Below, in pieces: positions 56,638 to 64,000 of a stretch of 64,000 nt of DNA. Under the pieces are notes generated by a model that ran no database searches, had not been told where the DNA came from, and saw only the letters and a list, made by a program, of their open reading frames with translations. The stretch comes from a virus (lineage: Duplodnaviria; Heunggongvirae; Uroviricota; Caudoviricetes): the IMG/VR virus record IMGVR_UViG_3300017650_000009. One strand, given 5' to 3'. The position numbers and the translations under genes are program-made. The stretch's first letter is position 1, and the number at the start of each line of letters is the position of its first letter.

Positions 56638-57882
56638 ATGGCCAACAAAGAACTCACTTGCTCGTTTTGCGAAAAGAGCCAACATGAAGTTAAAAAACTG
56701 ATTGCTGGCCCAGACGTTTACATTTGCGATGGTTGCGCAATTCTCTGTTATGAGATTCTGGATGAAAAGCCAGGTGCAGAACTAAGTGTGTCGGATGATA
56801 CACCTACACCACGTAAGATTAAGGAATTCCTCGATCAATACGTTATTGGTCAAGATGACGCAAAAATGGTTTTTGCAGTTGCAGTTAATGCTCATTATAA
56901 GCGACTCGAAAATCCAATTGTTGATGGAGTTGAACTTGAGAAATCCAACATTTTGTTGCTCGGTCCAACAGGATCAGGTAAAACGCTTATTGCAAAGAGT
57001 ATTGCACGTATGCTTGATGTACCTTTCACGATTGCCGACGCGACGAGCCTGACGGAAGCCGGTTATGTCGGTGATGATGTTGAATCTATCATTAGCCGGT
57101 TGATAGCATCAGCAGAAGGTGATGTGAAGAAAGCCGAACGTGGAATCATCTACTTGGATGAAATCGACAAGAAAGCAAAGAAATCCGAAAATATGAGTAT
57201 TACTCGCGATGTTTCCGGTGAAGGTGTTCAGCAGGCTCTTTTGAAGATCATCGAAGGTTCCGAAGTTCGTGTTCCTGCACAAGGTGGACGTAAAAATCCT
57301 TCGCAGGAAATGCTAACAGTTGATACATCAAATATCCTGTTCATCGTCGGTGGCGCGTTTGTTGGCCTTGAGGCAATCATTGATAAGCGCGTGAATAACA
57401 ACGATAATAGCATTGGTTTCGGTGCAAAGCCAAAGAAGTCTGGAAAACTAGCATATGATGGTTCCCTACTAAAGCAAGTTGAACCAGAGGATCTTGCCAA
57501 ATACGGTATTATTCCGGAACTCATCGGTCGACTCAGTACAATTACGTATCTCGAGGAGCTTAACGCGGAACAGTTGATCCGCGTCCTCACTGAACCTAAG
57601 AACGCGATTACACGCCAATATGAAAAGCTATTTAAGCTGGAAAAGGTCGAACTTACGTTCGAACCAGAAGCTCTTCAATTTGTTGCGGAAACTGCAATTG
57701 CTCGTAAAGTGGGTGCTCGTGGTCTTCGTAGTGTTATCGAGCGTAAGTTGACAAAACTACAGTATGAGCTACCTGAACTAGCAGCGGATGGTGTAACAAA
57801 GATCTCTTTGAACCGTGAGTTCTTCGAGCTTGACACTGCGCCTACCCTAGTGTATGAATCAAAAAAGACCGGTTCTAATTGA
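56638..57882 (+). CDS. clpX: ClpX ATP-dependent protease ATPase subunit
   Basis: N-terminal zinc-binding [11 protein letters not shown]...[10 protein letters not shown]; Walker [12 protein letters not shown]; full-length 414 aa. Confidence 0.85.
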   Translation: MANKELTCSFCEKSQHEVKKLIAGPDVYICDGCAILCYEILDEKPGAELSVSDDTPTPRKIKEFLDQYVIGQDDAKMVFAVAVNAHYKRLENPIVDGVELEKSNILLLGPTGSGKTLIAKSIARMLDVPFTIADATSLTEAGYVGDDVESIISRLIASAEGDVKKAERGIIYLDEIDKKAKKSENMSITRDVSGEGVQQALLKIIEGSEVRVPAQGGRKNPSQEMLTVDTSNILFIVGGAFVGLEAIIDKRVNNNDNSIGFGAKPKKSGKLAYDGSLLKQVEPEDLAKYGIIPELIGRLSTITYLEELNAEQLIRVLTEPKNAITRQYEKLFKLEKVELTFEPEALQFVAETAIARKVGARGLRSVIERKLTKLQYELPELAADGVTKISLNREFFELDTAPTLVYESKKTGSN

Positions 57883-57917
57883 TCCGGTCGACCGCAAATA
57901 TAAAGGAGAATTTTTCG

Positions 57918-58439
57918 GTGAATCTCACACATGATGTGAACAATAAGATCCGTGCTAAAGAAGTGCGTGTAATCGATAACAACGGCGAACAGATTGGCGT
58001 GCTTGCGTTAGCTGATGCCCAGAAACTTGCTGATGAATGTGATCTTGATCTAGTAGTGATCAATCCAAAGTCAGCTCCACCAATTGCCCGTATTGTCGAT
58101 TATGGCAAGTTCAAGTACGAGCTTGTTCGTAGTGAGAAGGAACGCAAGAAAAAGTCTCGCGAAAACATCATCGATGTTAAGGAAGTTCAGCTTCGTCCAG
58201 TCACGGACACACACGATGTTGAGATCAAAGCCAAGCGCGCCAAGTCATTCCTCGAGGATGGTGACAAAGTGAAGGTGGTAGTCCGTTTCAAGGGTCGTGA
58301 GCTATCCCATCGCGAAATGGGTCAAAAGATCATCGATAGTTTTTGCGTCCTTGTGGGCGAAGAAAACTATAAAGTTGATTCTCCAGTACAGATGTCTGGT
58401 CGTCAGATGTCTATGATTCTTAGCCCTAACCGCAAGTAA
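57918..58439 (+). CDS. infC: translation initiation factor IF-3 (start GTG 57918 after SD aaggag; alternatively TTG 57879)
   Basis: INNKIRAKEVRVIDNNGEQIGV...DLDLVVINPKSAPPIARIVDYGKFKYE...KEVQLRP...VVRFKGRELSHREMGQKII matches IF3 N- and C-domains. Confidence 0.8.
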   Translation: MNLTHDVNNKIRAKEVRVIDNNGEQIGVLALADAQKLADECDLDLVVINPKSAPPIARIVDYGKFKYELVRSEKERKKKSRENIIDVKEVQLRPVTDTHDVEIKAKRAKSFLEDGDKVKVVVRFKGRELSHREMGQKIIDSFCVLVGEENYKVDSPVQMSGRQMSMILSPNRK

Positions 58440-58448
58440 GAGGGAATT

Positions 58449-58637
58449 ATGAAACAGTGTGATGTGACTGCAACTCAAACTGGGCGTACAGTTCGTGCAG
58501 ATATCATGAGTCAAACTGACAAATCAATTAAAGTTGCTCTTGTCGGTACAAACATCACACTGGTTCTTTCTCGAACAGACGTACGTCGTCCATATGTGGG
58601 AAATAAAAATGGACTTGAATTCACGACGAAAGGCTAA
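58449..58637 (+). CDS. small hypothetical protein
   Basis: ORF track. Confidence 0.3.
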   Translation: MKQCDVTATQTGRTVRADIMSQTDKSIKVALVGTNITLVLSRTDVRRPYVGNKNGLEFTTKG

Positions 58638-58970
58638 AGAAGCTTCCCGCACTTTAGCTATGTTCAAAAAAGAAAAACTGATAAAAATCAAAACTAATAT
58701 TTTTATGGGTCAGCCAGTGGCATGGCGCACAACATCTGCTAGAGTCAAAAACAGCCACAAGAAAAAAGTAAAAAAATATCGCCCACTTTCAACTATCGCA
58801 ACAGCGGAAGTAAAACGACTCCTGCATACGATGGGCAGAACGCCTAAACCCCCCAATAATCAAAAGCAATCAAATCTTATGAAATATGCAGTCAATAATT
58901 TGATTATCCATAATCTGGATTAATCTAGGTTGACATCATTCCTGTTTATGCTACAACGGTATAAACAGGA

Positions 58971-59564
58971 ATGGGATACGATATGAAAAAGTTTCAGGAA
59001 TTTTGCAAAATCGAAAACACCACAAGCTATAACGAATTCATTCGTGCTTGTGTTCGTGCAAAATGGCCTTCTGATGCACAAAAAGAATGGTGGTATACCA
59101 AACTCAGCAACAGTCGTCGCCTGAAATTGCTTCAAGTTTCTGAAGCACAAAATCATCATTGCTGCTACTGCGGGGTTAAAACCTGGCATCCCAGCTATAA
59201 TGAAATTGGATCGAGAAAGACACTCGCAACGCTCGAGCACGTTAAGTGCCGTGCACATGGTGGGACAGATTCAAATATGAATCTGGCAATGGCTTGCCAC
59301 AGTTGCAATAATCTGCGCGCCGATCATGACGCAGATTGGTTCTACGACATATCACAGATGCCCGGTTCAACCCACGCTAATATGCGGTTAGCATTGGGTA
59401 TGACTCCTATGGTTGAGCGTCAGCGGAGCGAAGAGAAGCTAGCCGCGTCGGCTGCTCGACATAACGCCATGGTGTTAACGTTAGGTTGGTATTTCCTTGT
59501 TGACAATCATGCTAGTGATAGTATAGATGATTTCCTGAATATGGAAATGTTGGAGGCGGCTTAA
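58971..59564 (+). CDS. HNH endonuclease
   Basis: HHCCYCGVKTW...LEHVKCRAHGGTDSNMNLAMACHSCNNLRAD. Confidence 0.7.
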   Translation: MGYDMKKFQEFCKIENTTSYNEFIRACVRAKWPSDAQKEWWYTKLSNSRRLKLLQVSEAQNHHCCYCGVKTWHPSYNEIGSRKTLATLEHVKCRAHGGTDSNMNLAMACHSCNNLRADHDADWFYDISQMPGSTHANMRLALGMTPMVERQRSEEKLAASAARHNAMVLTLGWYFLVDNHASDSIDDFLNMEMLEAA

Positions 59565-60658
59565 TGGCACTGGGTGAAGTTTTCAATATTGTTGGTTCAC
59601 TCTATCCGAAGCTGCTTTCGGATTTCGAAAGTCTGCAAGATTCACTTGTTGAGCACCTCGACATTAAACCATTTATGACTGTTGTTGGAAAACATCAAGG
59701 TGATCTTGATCTCAGAAAGAATGTTGAATTCTTCGAGGTGTTCGTAAGTATTCCTTCACTGGTTGTCAATGAGCAGAAGTTCATTGGAAAATCCATAGTT
59801 GGTCATTTCGGTAACCTTGTTTATACGTTTGCAGGCGAAGAATCACCACGCGAATTATACGAGGTCAAAGTTTGTCCCAAATGTAACTGCGAAAAAGAAC
59901 GATTCTTTGCGTTCGAAGATTCAAATGCATCAGTTAATATCCAATGCAACACTTGTATGCGTTGGGATAAAGGTTTAAGCCAAATTGTCGATGAAGCTTT
60001 GTTCTTCCCATCCAAACTTCGTTCGTTCAATGAAGTTCGTAACCCTCGTACAAAACGGGACGCAACCATGCTATGTATGGATCTTATGCGGTTCTCGGCA
60101 CGAATTATAGCACGGGATGGTTGGATTAGTCGTCAGGAATCTATACGAACTGGCAACGAACCAACTGCAGATACAATCCGTAATTTGATGTGGGGGGATC
60201 CGGAAAAATCGAAGAAATATCCGGAAACTCCCGAAACAATCAAACTGGCTCAAGACGCATTTGACTGGGCAAGATCAATGACTGGTAATTCAGATTGGAT
60301 CGCAAAGATTCATGAAATCACACAACGTGATATTGTTGAACCAAGTCTGAGTGGAATGATATCAAGTATCATCGGAGTTTATTCGATGAAGGCTAGACTT
60401 ACTGCGCCGGATAACGATACTCACTTTGGTACAGTCGGTGACCGTGTCGAACAAACCATGCTGTTGCAAGTTGAAAAAGCTTCTATGTATGGTTGGAAAT
60501 ATTTTTGCATGAATGATGATGGGCAGGCTGTCATTTTTTATACCCAGCATAAAATCAAATATAAGCCGGGCGATACCATTGTTGTTTCAGGAAAAATCAA
60601 AGCTCACATAGTTGAGCGCAATCATAACATAACAGTTCTAAACTACGTGAAAGTGTAA
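59564..60658 (+). CDS. hypothetical protein with CxxC...CxxC zinc-binding motif
   Basis: CPKCNC ... CNTC. Confidence 0.45.
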   Translation: MALGEVFNIVGSLYPKLLSDFESLQDSLVEHLDIKPFMTVVGKHQGDLDLRKNVEFFEVFVSIPSLVVNEQKFIGKSIVGHFGNLVYTFAGEESPRELYEVKVCPKCNCEKERFFAFEDSNASVNIQCNTCMRWDKGLSQIVDEALFFPSKLRSFNEVRNPRTKRDATMLCMDLMRFSARIIARDGWISRQESIRTGNEPTADTIRNLMWGDPEKSKKYPETPETIKLAQDAFDWARSMTGNSDWIAKIHEITQRDIVEPSLSGMISSIIGVYSMKARLTAPDNDTHFGTVGDRVEQTMLLQVEKASMYGWKYFCMNDDGQAVIFYTQHKIKYKPGDTIVVSGKIKAHIVERNHNITVLNYVKV

Positions 60659-60659
60659 A

Positions 60660-60959
60660 ATGAAACCACGCCATGTTGTGATTATCGGTTCCGAAGGTGA
60701 AACACTCGCGTTGATTCGTGCAATCGCTGCTCACCCTATGAGCCGTGATATTGATGTAAAAGTTATTGATTCTGATAATGCAGGACAATTTATTAACTTT
60801 CACGAGCATGAAAAACAATTCTACGATTTTGATCCAATCGGTTGGCTAATTACGGATGACGTATATCGGAAACAGCCGAAAGGTCCTGGTTCAGCTAAAA
60901 AGCCAGATTTCCTTGTGGAGAAGTATGCTCAAATTCGTAGCCCTAGAGGTCGAAGATAA
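60660..60959 (+). CDS. hypothetical protein
   Basis: ORF track. Confidence 0.4.
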   Translation: MKPRHVVIIGSEGETLALIRAIAAHPMSRDIDVKVIDSDNAGQFINFHEHEKQFYDFDPIGWLITDDVYRKQPKGPGSAKKPDFLVEKYAQIRSPRGRR

Positions 60960-61012
60960 CATTTGACAAACTTTGGATTCCTATTATAACGGGCACAACA
61001 AAGGAGATCGAT

Positions 61013-61363
61013 ATGGTTAAGAAAAAGAAACTCTCATTTGAAGATCGATTGCATCAGCTTGCTGTGGCTTTCGGCATTGAGAAGCCGCAGATTAATCCAC
61101 GTATGGTAACCGAGGTCGAAGTGGATTGGACAAAAGTCGACACACCATTCGTATATGCGCTAGTCACCGATACTTTGCTGGAACTGGGCAAGGAATTCAA
61201 ACAATACGGCAAGCCAAATGTCCTGATCGATCGCAAAGTGGAAGTTGCGCTGAATAACTTCCGTTTGTATTCGGAGGAATTTGCAATTCTGTTTGCACGG
61301 CAGCTTTCGTTTTTTGGAATAGAAATAAAAAATCCAACAATAGTGTATTATTACTTGGATTAA
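61013..61363 (+). CDS. hypothetical protein
   Basis: SD aaggagatcgat + ATG. Confidence 0.4.
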   Translation: MVKKKKLSFEDRLHQLAVAFGIEKPQINPRMVTEVEVDWTKVDTPFVYALVTDTLLELGKEFKQYGKPNVLIDRKVEVALNNFRLYSEEFAILFARQLSFFGIEIKNPTIVYYYLD

Positions 61364-61383
61364 TAAAGGGAGCAATGCTCCCT

Positions 61384-63222
61384 TTAAATTGGTTTATATG
61401 TAAGCATTATCTTTATTTCACCTGTGGTGCTACCCACGGTGAAGAATGTTTTAGAAACCATGTTAGCAATTGCTATTTTTCGCAATGAAGTCAAGCTATC
61501 AAAAGCTGCAAACCCTTTTGTTTGGTTTCCAATCCAATAGCTAGACATCGTTGTGTTTCCAGAAGTACCGTTTTCGACATAATACATATACGTACAATCA
61601 ATATATTCAACTGGACGGGTTAAATTAATCAGTAGCGTTTTTGGGGAACCCGCTGGTATCGTTGGTTGGAATGTAGAAAGTGTCGCGATTGTTGGTGAAT
61701 TGTTAGCTGATTCAATTGAATATGTTGTCATTGGTCCATTAACAAAATTCACTTTAATCCATAAAATTTGAACTTCATTAGTATTATATGAACCAAACGA
61801 TAAACCATTGCCTGCTGGATTTACGACAATTGCACGACCTGATTGCCCGGAATAAGTTGCTGGGGTGTCAGTTAATTTCAAAAAAGTATCCGCTCCCGGC
61901 GTAGCAGCCTTGAATTCCAAAGCAGTACCAGAAGCATTTACACCAACAATTTTATTGCCTTGCCCCAAAAGCGTTGAAGGTGCATCAATTAGATCGGTAA
62001 ATTTGGCAATGTTAGTCGGATTCCCCCATTTAAAATCATAATCTGCATTGGAATTCTTCACCAAGATCTGATTTGTTGTACCAGCTTTCGGTAAACCTAT
62101 ACCAGGGTCACCTTTTTCTCCATCTTGACCATTAATGCCGTTTGATCCATTGATACCAGGGTCACCTTTTTCACCTCGTTCACCACGGTCTCCCTGGTCA
62201 CCCTTTAGCCCTTGGATGCCTTGAAGCCCTTGTTCGCCTCGATCACCCTTTTCGCCCTTTTCACCGCGCGGACCAACATTGCCTTCTGGACCCTCCGGTC
62301 CAGAAACACCGACGATGGGACCCAAATCGCGCCAAATACCTCCTGGTTCATAACGTACAAGATGACCACCCATATCGCCATTAAGAGCCGCAGGCAATGA
62401 TTGATCAGCTCTATCATCACCTTCTGCAATTACTAGGTAATTCCATTCCACATCTGCGGCTTCAATACGAGCAATTGTAGCTTCATCAAAAATTCCATAT
62501 TCATCAGGGATAATGGTAGCGCCTAACTCACCTCGTAACCCACGAGGTCCTGTTGCACCATCTAATCCGTTTGTTCCGTCTTTGCCATCGATGCCGTCGC
62601 GTCCATCTGTTCCCGGATCTCCTTTATCACCTTTTTCGCCTTTGTCACCTGTAGATCCAGCTTCACCTTTAATCGAGTAAAGCCAATCCTGTTCTGTTCC
62701 GATGAATCCATTATCCAAAGCAATTTCATATGCTGATTTGCCAGTAAATGCCAATTTACTCACATATAAGCCATCATCCACTATAGTAATCGCATTATCT
62801 GGATCAGCTGACAATAAAACATTAGCTGTTAATGGACTATCTAGAATACCTGAACCAGATAGCTGTATAGTTGAACTTGAATTAGTCCGCAAAACCGATG
62901 AACCGTTATATGCAATTTCGATTGTTTCTGCATTTTGTATCAGGGTGATATTCTCACCGCCAATTAATGTTTTAAAATAAAAATTATTTTCCCTACGGCT
63001 ATTATAAACTGGTAAGCCTGTTCCTATATTAATAAGATTTATACCAACGGGTAGGGGCGATACATCCGTCGGACTTGCAGGCATTGGGGTATCTGTTCCA
63101 GGAGTTCCAGGATTTCTACGTTTGGAGATATCATTTGGATCACTAATCCCGCCTTGAGTTCCTGGAAGTGGAAATAACTCTCCAGTTCCATATTGGATCC
63201 CATACTTGTCAAAAGAACTCAT
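61384..63222 (-). CDS. collagen-like-repeat tail fiber protein
   Basis: Two G-x-y triple-helix blocks (GDKGEKGDKGDPGTDGRDGIDGKDG...; GPEGPEGNVGPRGEKGEKGDRGEQGLQGIQGLKGDQGDRGERGEKGDPG...). Confidence 0.7.
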   Translation of the reverse strand: MSSFDKYGIQYGTGELFPLPGTQGGISDPNDISKRRNPGTPGTDTPMPASPTDVSPLPVGINLINIGTGLPVYNSRRENNFYFKTLIGGENITLIQNAETIEIAYNGSSVLRTNSSSTIQLSGSGILDSPLTANVLLSADPDNAITIVDDGLYVSKLAFTGKSAYEIALDNGFIGTEQDWLYSIKGEAGSTGDKGEKGDKGDPGTDGRDGIDGKDGTNGLDGATGPRGLRGELGATIIPDEYGIFDEATIARIEAADVEWNYLVIAEGDDRADQSLPAALNGDMGGHLVRYEPGGIWRDLGPIVGVSGPEGPEGNVGPRGEKGEKGDRGEQGLQGIQGLKGDQGDRGERGEKGDPGINGSNGINGQDGEKGDPGIGLPKAGTTNQILVKNSNADYDFKWGNPTNIAKFTDLIDAPSTLLGQGNKIVGVNASGTALEFKAATPGADTFLKLTDTPATYSGQSGRAIVVNPAGNGLSFGSYNTNEVQILWIKVNFVNGPMTTYSIESANNSPTIATLSTFQPTIPAGSPKTLLINLTRPVEYIDCTYMYYVENGTSGNTTMSSYWIGNQTKGFAAFDSLTSLRKIAIANMVSKTFFTVGSTTGEIKIMLTYKPI

Positions 63223-63299
63223 TTTAAGACTCCATTATTTTTCAGTTATTTAGCTGTTAAAAATTTATTACCGTTAACATATACTATTTGACAACTCTG

Positions 63300-63680
63300 G
63301 TTCCGATAAAGTATTGTATGAGGAATCAGAGTGTGTCATCACGAACAGCGAACTCGGACTAAGACGGGCGCGATGAGCCGGTGCACTCCCGGCGAAAGGA
63401 ACGAAGTCATACCCGGCCCCATGCAAAAGGACTCCCGGGATATGTGGACCGCCTAAAAGAGTCGCCCCACTGATGGTGGTGAGAGAATGATCAGTGATAT
63501 CCTTATGATGTTTAGGAACACTGGAGCACAACATGGTAGTCTCGTGAGGCTTTGTTGTGTAGAGCGCGTCCGGCAGGATAGCGCAACCGTATGTGGCGAA
63601 AGCCAGGATGACCGGGAGTTGTAGGTAAATGCATACCGCCTATTTGATATCCCGTTATCGAGAACGTGAGCACTCGTAGA
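63300..63680. other. ORF-poor, locally GC-rich, stem-loop-dense region; candidate structured RNA of unknown class
   Basis: No credible ORF; hairpins gccgg-tgcactc-ccggc, tggc-GAAA-gcca (GNRA), gcgc-(13)-gcgc; candidate promoter TTGACA-18-TATTGT at 63286. Confidence 0.3.
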
Positions 63681-63687
63681 ATGCTTT

Positions 63688-63762
63688 AGTATCATCCCCC
63701 TATTTGTTTATAACAGCGCAAGCATTTTTGCTTTGTACTTTATTCTGTTATGAACAAATGGG
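63688..63762. repeat. 22-bp imperfect inverted repeat around a 30-nt AT-rich loop
   Basis: atccccctatttgtttataacag ... ctgttatgaacaaatgggggga. Confidence 0.5.
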
Positions 63763-64000
63763 GGGATAAAGAACATCGCATCTGTAGAATACCTAATAAA
63801 TCTTAACATATTTCTACTCGATCTACCAATCAAATCACCCACACAATCTCTCCTACCAAATAACCCATAGAGATCTGACACACAGCTCTGAACATACCTT
63901 GACATATATGTGGGAATCTTGATATGGAAAAGCCCCAGTATGACTACCAGGGCTATGACTTTACCAATACCAATGTATCAGACACTCGCGTATTCGATTC

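Noticed and set aside
63350-63545. Possible group I intron (GACUA ... UAGUC P7-like pair)
   Set aside because: No interrupted host gene on either strand; 5-bp complementarity is weak evidence; other core elements not recognisable by eye.
63300-63680. RNase P RNA
   Set aside because: Lacks the conserved P4 strands (AGGAAAGUCCGG / ACAGAACCCGGCUUA).
63274-63905. Minus-strand ORFs 63274-63534, 63453-63695, 63708-63905
   Set aside because: They overlap each other in a GC-rich hairpin-dense region, have no SD, and atypical composition.
1-64000. CRISPR arrays, integrase/att sites, transposase-type mobile elements
   Set aside because: No short direct-repeat/spacer periodicity seen; no tyrosine/serine recombinase or transposase motifs recognised; only an HNH endonuclease gene (58971-59564).

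Overview
This window looks like a densely coded segment (about 40% GC, mostly short operons with ATGA/TAATG start-stop overlaps) of a large T4-like myovirus. Supporting T4-like identity: a DnaG/gp61-type primase (672-1712); a DnaB/gp41-type helicase (1717-3195); split type-II topoisomerase subunits, gp52-like at 51432-52784 and gp39/60-like at 53772-55652; two exact T4 late-promoter motifs TATAAATA at 8824 and 11321; tail-collar-domain and collagen-like tail fibers; many small ORFs. The standout feature is a minus-strand, circularly permuted (two-piece) tmRNA gene at about 26421-26850. Its elements, in transcript order, are a T-arm + CGCCUCC-ACCA acceptor piece, a stem-closed intervening segment, a 5' GGGGGCG acceptor strand carrying the G3.U70 alanine identity pair, a tag reading frame (GCA GCA AAC ... 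GCU GCU UAA, peptide AANDNVSAEMALAA), a sigma70-like promoter and an intrinsic terminator. The tag and the permuted architecture resemble alphaproteobacterial ssrA, which hints at an alphaproteobacterial host. Other notable content: (i) a translation/RNA toolkit comprising ClpX, IF3 (infC), a ribosomal L7/L12 C-terminal-domain-like protein, a CCA-adding tRNA nucleotidyltransferase, a HAD phosphatase-like protein, an Rnl1-like ligase, a 2H phosphoesterase (Acb1/LigT-like) and QueD; (ii) an NfeD / flotillin (SPFH) / membrane protein / TelA-like membrane module; (iii) a multigene family of at least 11 small proteins sharing a C-terminal A-h-x-F-[KR]-[LM]-x-[FW]-G motif, six of them in a tandem array directly beside the tmRNA; (iv) three adjacent giant proteins (1292, 388 and 1192 aa) carrying about 14 CSPG/cadherin-like repeats; (v) a 3-PAS-domain protein; (vi) a GC-rich, ORF-poor structured region at 63.3-63.8 kb. 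All calls rest on motif recognition by eye, with no database searches.
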